Source of the DNA: Longimicrobiales bacterium | Lineage (GTDB): Bacteria > Gemmatimonadota > Gemmatimonadetes > Longimicrobiales > Gaopeijiaceae | Assembly: GCA_965226375.1 (NCBI GenBank) | Contig: CBDDCX010000007.1 | Span: 256,001 to 320,000, forward strand | Direction: 5' to 3' | Length of the DNA: 64,000 nt | Shown: one piece after another, positions 37,634 to 46,638 of the stretch | How the letters are laid out: each line of letters begins with the position of its first letter | Position numbering within the stretch: position 1 is the stretch's first letter | Notes under the pieces: model-generated | Databases searched by the model: none | Seen by the model: only the letters and a program-made list of their open reading frames with translations | What the model was told of the DNA's origin: nothing | Translations under genes and position numbers: made by a program

Positions 37634-38875
37634 TTGCCCGGAAGTGTATTGGGTCCGCGGCGTCCCTGGGATGGTCGTCGTGTCGTCCTGGGAGTCACAG
37701 GCGGGATCGCCGCCTACAAGGCGGTTCAGCTCGCCCGTGATCTCACCCGTCTCGGAGCGATCGTGGACGCGGTGCTCACTCGGGGTGCTCAGCAGTTCAT
37801 CCAAGCCCTCTCCTTCGAGGGAGTAACGGGCCGTCCGGCCCTGACCGAGCTCTTTTCCACGGAGGGTGCGGCGCTCCACATTCGGCTCGGGCAAGACGCG
37901 GACGTGGTGTGCGTGGCTCCGGCCACGGCCGATTTCCTGGCCCGGGCTGCCCAAGGCAGGGCGAACGATCTTCTCACGACCACCTTGTTGGCCACACGAG
38001 CCCCGGTCGTGCTCTGTCCCGCCATGAACGATCGTATGTTCGCGCATGCCCAGACGCGGGCGAACGTCGCTCACCTGCGCGACGCCCTGTCCTATCGGAT
38101 CGCCGGCCCGGCTGTGGGTCCCTTGGCGTTCGGCGAGGGTGAGGGACCGGGCAGAATGCTCGAGCCGGCGGACATCATCGAGGAGATCGGCCGGGCTCTG
38201 GCTCCGCCTTCGACACTCACGGGCAAGCGGGTTCTTGTCACGGCGGGTCCCACGCGAGAACCGATCGATCCGGTGCGTTACGTGGGGAATCGGTCCTCGG
38301 GTCGTATGGGCTTTGCCCTGGCGGCGGCCGCTTGGAGGCGAGGGGCTGAGGTCACGGTGGTATCCGGCCCGGTGGCACTCGGGGAACCACACGGGGTCGA
38401 GGTCATTCGCGTGGAGACGGCCCGGGAGATGTTCGATCAGGTGTCCGGCAGCTTGCCCGAAGTCGATGTATCGATCTTCGCGTCGGCCGTCTCCGACTTC
38501 CGCCCCGTGGATGCCGCGCAGGGCAAGCTCAAGAGAGCCGAAGTGGGTCCGGAGCTGGCTCTGCGCCTTATCGAGAACCCGGATGTGGCGGGAGAGACCC
38601 GGGAGCGGCGTAAAGAAGGATCCGTTGTGGTGGGATTCGCCCTGGAGACCGAGGCCTTGCTGGAGAACGGGCAGAAGAAGCTGGAGACCAAGGACCTCGA
38701 CCTCCTGGTTGCCAACGATGCCACCGAGAAGGGTGCCGGATTCGAGGTGGAGACCAATCGAGTGACGCTGCTCACCGACGGAGGGCCCAGCGAGGAGCTC
38801 CCGCTCATGAGCAAGAATGAGGTGGCCGAGATCATCCTTGACCGGGTCACGCGTCTCCTGGAGAGCCGCCCGTGA
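37634..38875 (+). CDS. coaBC: Bifunctional phosphopantothenoylcysteine decarboxylase/synthetase
   Basis: GGIAAYK, PAMN, TAGPTREPIDPVRY, SSGRMG, GFALET. Confidence 0.96.
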   Translation: MPGSVLGPRRPWDGRRVVLGVTGGIAAYKAVQLARDLTRLGAIVDAVLTRGAQQFIQALSFEGVTGRPALTELFSTEGAALHIRLGQDADVVCVAPATADFLARAAQGRANDLLTTTLLATRAPVVLCPAMNDRMFAHAQTRANVAHLRDALSYRIAGPAVGPLAFGEGEGPGRMLEPADIIEEIGRALAPPSTLTGKRVLVTAGPTREPIDPVRYVGNRSSGRMGFALAAAAWRRGAEVTVVSGPVALGEPHGVEVIRVETAREMFDQVSGSLPEVDVSIFASAVSDFRPVDAAQGKLKRAEVGPELALRLIENPDVAGETRERRKEGSVVVGFALETEALLENGQKKLETKDLDLLVANDATEKGAGFEVETNRVTLLTDGGPSEELPLMSKNEVAEIILDRVTRLLESRP

Positions 38876-39681
38876 GCCGCAGCTCCCGGGAGATCGAACA
38901 GGTCGCGCGCTTCCTGGGGCAGAAGAAGGAGCTCGGTGAGCCCGAGCTGTACCTGGACGAGCTTTCCAGGGCCGAGGTCCTGGCGGCGACGGCCAAGGCG
39001 TTCGCCATGACCCGCTCGACCGGTACCGAGAGGGCGGCCTCCGCGCCGACGGGTACCGAAAGAGCGGCCGCCGCCTCGACCGAGCGACCCGCTACGGACA
39101 CCGTCGCGCCGCCACCCGACATTGGCGGCTCGGACTATCCGGCCCTCAAGGCCGCTGCCGAGGCGTGCCAACTCTGTAGGTTGGCGCGGACGAGAACCCA
39201 CGTGGTCTTCTCCGACGGAAATCCGAACGCCCGGCTCATGGTCGTCGGAGAGGCCCCAGGTGCCAACGAGGACAAGACCGGCCTTCCGTTCGTCGGGCAG
39301 GCGGGAAAACTTCTCGATCTTCTCTTGGCGTCGGTGGGCCTGTCCAGGCAGGATTCCGTGTACATCTGTAATGTGCTCAAGTGTCGCCCGCCGGGAAATC
39401 GAGATCCGATGGCCGACGAAATCGAGCTCTGTGCCCCCTACCTCAAGCGGCAGATTGCGCTGGTCGCGCCGGAGGTTATTCTGGCCGTGGGTACCTTCGC
39501 CGCTCAGCTCCTGACGGCGGCCAATCGACCACTTGGGAAGCTGCGAGGCTCCGTGTATAGCTACGAAGGCGTTCCCCTTGTGGTCACCTACCACCCGGCG
39601 GCGCTGCTTCGAAACTCGGGCTGGACGCGTTCGACTTGGGACGACCTCCAGCTCCTGCGACAAGTGATGGATCAGCCCTGA
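38872..39681 (+). CDS. Uracil-DNA glycosylase, family 4
   Basis: CxxC, GEAPG, KCRPPGNR, YHPAALL. Confidence 0.94.
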   Translation: MSRSSREIEQVARFLGQKKELGEPELYLDELSRAEVLAATAKAFAMTRSTGTERAASAPTGTERAAAASTERPATDTVAPPPDIGGSDYPALKAAAEACQLCRLARTRTHVVFSDGNPNARLMVVGEAPGANEDKTGLPFVGQAGKLLDLLLASVGLSRQDSVYICNVLKCRPPGNRDPMADEIELCAPYLKRQIALVAPEVILAVGTFAAQLLTAANRPLGKLRGSVYSYEGVPLVVTYHPAALLRNSGWTRSTWDDLQLLRQVMDQP

Positions 39682-41090
39682 TGGAAACCGCATCGATTCC
39701 GGCGGCAGCACCCGAATACGACCGGCAGCCACCGTACTCTCTCGAGGCGGAGATCTCGGTACTGGGTGGCATGCTCATCGACAACGACGCCGTCGCCCGA
39801 GCCATCGAGGTGGTCGACGACTCCATGTTCTACCGCGAGGCCAACCGGCGTCTGTTCCGGTCCATGGCCCGCCTCTTCGAACGGGGTGGTGTGGTCGACG
39901 TCATCACGCTGAACGAGGAGCTCAAGAAAACCAACGAGCTCGAGTCGTCCGGCGGCGCCACCTATCTGGCGGAGTTGCTCGACGCCGTGCCCACCGCGGC
40001 CAACATCGAATACCACGCGCGCATCGTCCGGGAGAAGGCGCTCCTGAGGCGGCTCATCTCAGCGGCGTCCGACATCATCCGCGATGTCTACGACCAGGGT
40101 GAACGTGATGTGGAAGAGCTTCTGGACCATGCGGAGCAGCGGGTCTTCCGCGTAGCCGAGAGCCACGAACGCGAAGGTTTCGTCTGGATCAAGGAAATCC
40201 TGTGGCCCACCTTCGAGCATATCGAGAAGCTGCAGGAGTCCGCCGGCGGCATCACGGGCGTGCCTACCGGCTTCAAGGACCTGGACCGCATGACCACGGG
40301 CCTGCAAAAGGGTGACCTGATCATCGTTGCCGCCCGTCCGTCCATGGGGAAGACCTCCTGGGTCCTCAACGTGGCCCAGACCGCTGCGATCGAGCACAAC
40401 ACGACGGTCGCGATGTTCTCCCTGGAGATGTCCAAGGAGCAGCTCGTCCAGCGCTTCCTGTGTGCCGGGGGCCGAGTGGATGCACAGAGGTTACGCCAAG
40501 GAAAGATGAGCCCGGACGAATACCAGCGTCTTGCGGCGGCGGCGGGACACCTGAACACCGCTCCGCTTTGGATCGACGACTCCCCGGGCAGCACGGTCCT
40601 GGAAATGCGGGCCAAGGCCAGGCGGCTCAAGTCCGAAACGGATCTCGGCCTATTGATCATCGACTACATGCAGCTCATGTCGGGCGGCTACCGGACGGAG
40701 AGCCGTGTTCAGGAAGTGAGTGAGATCTCGCGCGGGCTGAAGGCTTTGGCCCGTGAGCTCGACGTGCCGGTCATTGCGCTCAGCCAGCTCAGCCGTGCTC
40801 CGGAGCAGCGGACCGACCGGCGGCCCCAACTTTCCGACCTGCGCGACTCGGGGTCCATCGAGCAGGATGCCGATCTGGTCATGTTTCTGTACCGGCCCGA
40901 ATACTATTTTGGCCCGGTGGACAAGGATGGTAACTCGATCGAGGGCAAGACGGAGCTGATCATGGCAAAACAGCGTAACGGCCCCACTGGGCTGGTGAAC
41001 CTCTTCTTCCACAAGGCCTACACGCGCTTCGACTCCGTGACCAGTGAGCAGCAGCAGGGCGAAGGCGCAGGTGGGTACGACGGTCCGTGA
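39681..41090 (+). CDS. dnaB: Replicative DNA helicase
   Basis: AARPSMGKT, IDYMQL, SQLSR, SGSIEQDAD, KQRNGP. Confidence 0.97.
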   Translation: METASIPAAAPEYDRQPPYSLEAEISVLGGMLIDNDAVARAIEVVDDSMFYREANRRLFRSMARLFERGGVVDVITLNEELKKTNELESSGGATYLAELLDAVPTAANIEYHARIVREKALLRRLISAASDIIRDVYDQGERDVEELLDHAEQRVFRVAESHEREGFVWIKEILWPTFEHIEKLQESAGGITGVPTGFKDLDRMTTGLQKGDLIIVAARPSMGKTSWVLNVAQTAAIEHNTTVAMFSLEMSKEQLVQRFLCAGGRVDAQRLRQGKMSPDEYQRLAAAAGHLNTAPLWIDDSPGSTVLEMRAKARRLKSETDLGLLIIDYMQLMSGGYRTESRVQEVSEISRGLKALARELDVPVIALSQLSRAPEQRTDRRPQLSDLRDSGSIEQDADLVMFLYRPEYYFGPVDKDGNSIEGKTELIMAKQRNGPTGLVNLFFHKAYTRFDSVTSEQQQGEGAGGYDGP

Positions 41091-41809
41091 GCGGGCCTCC
41101 AGCTGACCACGTGGAGGCGGAAAGGGCCCCGAGCGTCGGGGTCGTGGTGCCCGCGGCAGGTGTGTCTCAGCGCATGGGTGGGGCACGCAAGCAATTCCTG
41201 AGTCTGGCCGGTGAGCCGGTCCTCCTCAGGGCTGTTCGACCGTTCCTCGCTCAGTCGGGTGTGCGAGCCGTCGTCGTGGCGCTCCCCGCCGATCAGGTCG
41301 AGCCGGCCCCCTCGTGGCTCATCGACCGGGACGATCGCATCGCCGTCATCGAGGGTGGAGAGACCCGCCGAGATTCCGTATGGGCGGGCCTTCAAGCACT
41401 CCCCAAGGATCTCGATGTTGTCGTCGTCCATGATGGGGCCCGCCCCCTGGTGTCACCCGACGTGGTCGCCCGATGCATCGCCGTGGCCGGGGGCGGGGTG
41501 GGGGCCGTGGCCGGTTACCCGGCCGTGGACACGATGAAACATGTCGATGGCGCGGGGGGCGTGACCGGGACCCCCGAACGCTCGAGTCTTTGGCACGCGC
41601 AGACGCCCCAGGCCTTTCCCCGAGGCCAGATCCTGGAGGCCTATCGGCGGGCGGTAGAAGAGGATTGGCCGGCGACCGACGACGCCGGGCTGATCGAACG
41701 GATCGGAGGAGCGGTGATCATGGTGGAGTCGTCACCCACGAATCTGAAGATCACCTGCCGGGAAGACGTGGCCGTCGCCGAGTCGCTACTGGCTCGACGG
41801 GTTCCGTGA
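41087..41809 (+). CDS. ispD: 2-C-methyl-D-erythritol 4-phosphate cytidylyltransferase
   Basis: PAAG..RM..KQF, HDGARP, QTPQAF, NLKIT. Confidence 0.95.
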   Translation: MSGPPADHVEAERAPSVGVVVPAAGVSQRMGGARKQFLSLAGEPVLLRAVRPFLAQSGVRAVVVALPADQVEPAPSWLIDRDDRIAVIEGGETRRDSVWAGLQALPKDLDVVVVHDGARPLVSPDVVARCIAVAGGGVGAVAGYPAVDTMKHVDGAGGVTGTPERSSLWHAQTPQAFPRGQILEAYRRAVEEDWPATDDAGLIERIGGAVIMVESSPTNLKITCREDVAVAESLLARRVP

Positions 41810-42468
41810 GCGGGCCACGCCTGCTGGATGTGCGATCGTCTTCCGTCGCCGATCTGGACCTGGCAACCATTCTCGAGCACCTACGCGGTGGTGGGCTCCT
41901 GGCGTACCCAACCGAGACCGTGTACGGCTTCGGGGGAGTTCCGAGTGAGAGCGTCGTCAGCAAACTCGCCGCACTCAAGGGCCGGAGTGCCGGGCAGCCG
42001 ATGCTGATGTTGATTCCCGACAAGGAGATCGTGAGCCACCTGACCTGGACGGCGGAGGCGGCTGAGCTGGCCGACGTATTCTGGCCGGGGTCGGTCACCC
42101 TGATCCTTTCGGATCCCGAGGACCGGTTCCCGCTCGGGATTCGAGGTGATTCGGGGGCCGTGGCAATCAGGGTGAGTCCGCACCCCGTGGTCAGTGCCGT
42201 GGTCGGAGGGCTCGGCGGGCCGATCGTATCCACCAGTGCGAACCGGCCGGGCGAGCCGCCCGCGCTCGATGCCCATCATGCTCTGGAATCGGCGGAGGCC
42301 ATGGGCGCGGGTGAGGAGCTCTGGGTTCTCGACGGCGGGACGCTTCCGGCGTCGCCTCCGTCCACGATCGTCGACTGTTCCGGAGCAGTGCCGATTGTCG
42401 TGCGCGAGGGGACCGTACCTCTGGGTAGAGTTCGTTGTGTCCTCCCCGAGATCGAGGCTTCGCCGTGA
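41806..42468 (+). CDS. tsaC: L-threonylcarbamoyladenylate synthase (TsaC/Sua5)
   Basis: PTETVYG, KGR, WPG, STSAN, PSTIVD. Confidence 0.93.
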   Translation: MSGPRLLDVRSSSVADLDLATILEHLRGGGLLAYPTETVYGFGGVPSESVVSKLAALKGRSAGQPMLMLIPDKEIVSHLTWTAEAAELADVFWPGSVTLILSDPEDRFPLGIRGDSGAVAIRVSPHPVVSAVVGGLGGPIVSTSANRPGEPPALDAHHALESAEAMGAGEELWVLDGGTLPASPPSTIVDCSGAVPIVVREGTVPLGRVRCVLPEIEASP

Positions 42469-42992
42469 GTGAACTGGCCCGGCTCCGTCTTCTCTTCGTC
42501 TGCACGGGCAACACGTGTAGGAGTCCGATCGCGCACGTAATCGCCGCACGCGCGCTCGCGCGTGCCGGGTGGAACGAAGCGGAGACCCGATCAGCGGGAG
42601 TCTCCGCTCTGCCGGGGTCGATGGCCAGTGAGGGGGCGATCCGAGTTGCCGCGGAACAGGGACTCGATCTCCAGGGGCATCGGAGTAGCTCCTTGAACGA
42701 GGATCTGGTCGACTGGGCGGACCTCATTCTCACGATGGGCGTCCACCATCTCGTGGCGGTCGAGGAATACGGTGGTCAGGACAAGGCGGCGATGCTGTCG
42801 GCCTTTGCCGAGGGTCAGGAAAGCGGACAAGGTTGGGGGGTTCCCGATCCGTTTGCGGGTGACATTGAAGTGTACCGCGATAGCTTCCGCGTTCTGGAGA
42901 AATTGGTGGAGGCTGCGGTGGCACGGCTCACTCGCGACTCCGACGTGATCACACCACGCGGCTCAGACGCGGTCACAGGAAACGACACATGA
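42465..42992 (+). CDS. Low-molecular-weight protein Arg/Tyr phosphatase
   Basis: VCTGNTCRS P-loop, DPF. Confidence 0.93.
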   Translation: MSELARLRLLFVCTGNTCRSPIAHVIAARALARAGWNEAETRSAGVSALPGSMASEGAIRVAAEQGLDLQGHRSSSLNEDLVDWADLILTMGVHHLVAVEEYGGQDKAAMLSAFAEGQESGQGWGVPDPFAGDIEVYRDSFRVLEKLVEAAVARLTRDSDVITPRGSDAVTGNDT

Positions 42993-43840
42993 CGTCGCTC
43001 ACGTCGAGGACGCGGGTATTGGCACTTCTGGGTGATCCGGTCGAACACTCTCTGTCTCCGGTAATCCAGAACGCGGCGTTCAGAGAGGCCGGCGTGGACG
43101 GTGTCTACGTGGCCCTTCGGTGTGACGCCGCGGATCTGGTGGGTTTCATGCATGGCCTCGGGCGGGCCGGAGCTGGAGGGAACATCACTCTTCCGCACAA
43201 GGAGAAGGCCGCCTCCTTCCTGGACGAGCGGTCCGAGGCGGTCAGGAGGACCGGGGCGTGCAACACCTTCTGGGGGGACGGTGGGCGTGTGTGCGGCGAC
43301 AACACGGACGTCGAGGGATTTCGTCGGGCCCTGCGGCACTTTCTCGGGAGAGCGCCCAAGGGCTTTCGGGTGCTGTTACTCGGGGCGGGCGGTGCTGCGC
43401 GGGCGACCCTCGTAGCGCTTCTCGACGAGGGCGTTGAGGATGTGCTCCTTCTGAATCGCTCCACCGAGCGTGCCCGTGCGGTTGCCAGACGGATCGGGGG
43501 CGAACGCGTGCGAGTGGCCGAAGCTCCACGCGCCGTGGACGACGGAATCTTCGACCTGGTCGTGAACGCGACGAGACTCGGCCTCACGCCCGGCGACAAG
43601 CTCCCGATAGATTTAAGCCGCCTCGCGAGAGTCGGTGCCGTGATGGATCTGGTATACGGCCCGGCCGCCACCCCGTTCGTGGAGTCGGCCGAGCGCCTGG
43701 GGATTCGAGCGGTGGACGGTGGGGAGATGCTCGTGCAGCAGGGGGCCGTGGCCTTCGAGAGGTGGTGGGGGGACCCGGGCCCGGTGGACGCGATGAGGCG
43801 TGCGTTGGCTGTGTCCCGGATGAGCCACCAGCCGGGATGA
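42989..43840 (+). CDS. aroE: Shikimate dehydrogenase
   Basis: HSLSP, NITLPHK, GDNTD, GAGGAA, MLVQQG. Confidence 0.95.
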   Translation: MTSLTSRTRVLALLGDPVEHSLSPVIQNAAFREAGVDGVYVALRCDAADLVGFMHGLGRAGAGGNITLPHKEKAASFLDERSEAVRRTGACNTFWGDGGRVCGDNTDVEGFRRALRHFLGRAPKGFRVLLLGAGGAARATLVALLDEGVEDVLLLNRSTERARAVARRIGGERVRVAEAPRAVDDGIFDLVVNATRLGLTPGDKLPIDLSRLARVGAVMDLVYGPAATPFVESAERLGIRAVDGGEMLVQQGAVAFERWWGDPGPVDAMRRALAVSRMSHQPG

Positions 43841-43871
43841 GGCCCCTGGCGGAAACGGGCGAATCGCCGGC

Positions 43872-44616
43872 ATGACTCACGCAGGTCTGGCCCGAGAGCT
43901 GTTGGACTTCTTCCTGCCGGCGGCCTGTTTGGGATGCGGTGATCACCTGCCTCTGGAGCGCGCCTCGGAGTTGGTGTGCGCGCGCTGCCGAACTCGACTC
44001 AAGGAGCCGGGCCTGGCCTCGGTGCAACCGCTGTGGTTTTCCTCTCGGATCGGGTGCAGTGCCTGCCGCGGTGTGCCTCTAGTGCGCAGACTGGTGTGCG
44101 GACTTGGGGGGTGCTCGCTCGGCAGTCGTGCTGCGGCCGCCGGCCGACGACTTGGTCCATGGCCTCAAGTACGGCGGTTGGGCCGAGCTCGCGGGACTCA
44201 TGGGCCGGTGGATGGTTCGCCGGAGCATACATCCCGAGCTGGCTTCCAGTGACTACGTGGTGGTGCCCGTTCCCACGACCAAGCAGCGCCTGCGTTCGAG
44301 GGGCTACAACCAGGCCCACCTGCTTGCCGCGGCGGTGTCCCATGGGGCGGGCCGACCCCTCCTCGAGGCCCTCGAACGGCGTCACGGAGGCCACACTCAG
44401 GTCGGGTTGCACCCGGCTCAGCGCCGGGCTAACGTCAAGAACGCCTTTGTAGCAAGCGAGGACACCATGATCGAGCTTTCCGGCGCTCGCGTGCTGCTCG
44501 TGGATGATGTCCTCACCACCGGCTCCACTGCGGCGGCGGCGGCCCGCGCGCTCGTTCAGGCAGGTGCCGCCGAGGTCTTTCTGTCGACCTTTGCACGGGC
44601 CTGTCCTTTTGTGTAA
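43872..44616 (+). pseudogene. comF: ComF-family protein with a frameshift (~44012) and an in-frame TAG (44080)
   Basis: Double zinc ribbon split across frames (CLGC, CARC / CNRC, CL*C), RGYNQA, VDDVLTTGST. Confidence 0.85.
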
Positions 44617-45675
<1,059 letters not shown>

Positions 45676-45677
45676 CG

Positions 45678-45929
45678 ATGGCCTCCGCATCTTTGCCCGG
45701 TTCACCGGACCGACAGGGGAGCAAGCCGGCTCGAGTCTCCGAGGCGTGGTTCTCGTACGCGTGTCCCGTGTGTGGGCACCGAGATGGTGCTTCCCTGGAC
45801 GTCGGTGCGACTCGCCAGGTGAATTGCGGGCACTGTGAAACCGTCCTGGAACTGAGCGCCGGGAGCTCCCGTCAGGAGAAGGCTGCAGCGCGGGTCGTGG
45901 TGGACGGAGGCGAGGGGGGAACTCACTGA
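45678..45929 (+). CDS. Small zinc-ribbon protein
   Basis: CPVC...CGHC, GGAGG RBS. Confidence 0.6.
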   Translation: MASASLPGSPDRQGSKPARVSEAWFSYACPVCGHRDGASLDVGATRQVNCGHCETVLELSAGSSRQEKAAARVVVDGGEGGTH

Positions 45930-46020
45930 GGTGGAGTGGGGAACAAAGCCTTTTACGGCAGTGGCTTAACTATCGCCATCGGTGTGTAATGGTGGGGGGA
46001 AGGGACCGTATCTGCACACG

Positions 46021-46617
46021 ATGAAAACACTACAACAGCTTCAAGAGCGGGTCGACGTGTCGACCGCTGCACCAATAGCGCCTCAGACACCGGCGAAACC
46101 GTCACAGCTTCCGCTCGATTTTGGTGAGTGGTATACCGATCACCGGCCCACGGTGTATCGATACGTCCGCTTTCGGGTCGCGACCAGAGAGACGGCCGAA
46201 GACGTGACGTCTCAGGTCTTCATGAAGGCACTCCGGTCGATCCACCGCTACGATCCGAATCGCGCAGCGCCGCGCACGTGGCTCCTGCGCATCGCCCGGA
46301 ATGCGGTAACGGACCATCTCCGGTCCCTGAAGCGTCGCGGTTCTCTGCACGTCTCACTCGACCGCGTCCCCGATCTGGTGGCTCAGATACCGTCTCAGGA
46401 AGAGCGGGTGCTGAAGCAGGAGCGGATCCAGGCGCTGCTCAACGGAACGCAGACGCTGCGAGGAGCGGACCAGGAGATACTGTCACTCAGGTATGGAGCG
46501 GGCTTGGACAACAGTGAAATTGCGTCCTCGCTCGACATAAGCCCCAACGCTGTGGCCGTTCGGCTCCACAGAGCGCTGAAGCGCCTCAAGGAAGCCGTCG
46601 CGGACGAATGCGAGTAA
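46021..46617 (+). CDS. ECF sigma-70 factor
   Basis: AEDVTSQVF, WLLRIARN, EIA...VAVRLHRAL. Confidence 0.93.
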   Translation: MKTLQQLQERVDVSTAAPIAPQTPAKPSQLPLDFGEWYTDHRPTVYRYVRFRVATRETAEDVTSQVFMKALRSIHRYDPNRAAPRTWLLRIARNAVTDHLRSLKRRGSLHVSLDRVPDLVAQIPSQEERVLKQERIQALLNGTQTLRGADQEILSLRYGAGLDNSEIASSLDISPNAVAVRLHRALKRLKEAVADECE

Positions 46618-46638
46618 TACGAGAAGGATTGGACATAG

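Noticed and set aside
39014..39090. Short TGTERAA repeats in the UDG linker (and DSL repeats at ~33640-33780)
   Set aside because: Low-complexity linker expansions with no sign of a separate function.
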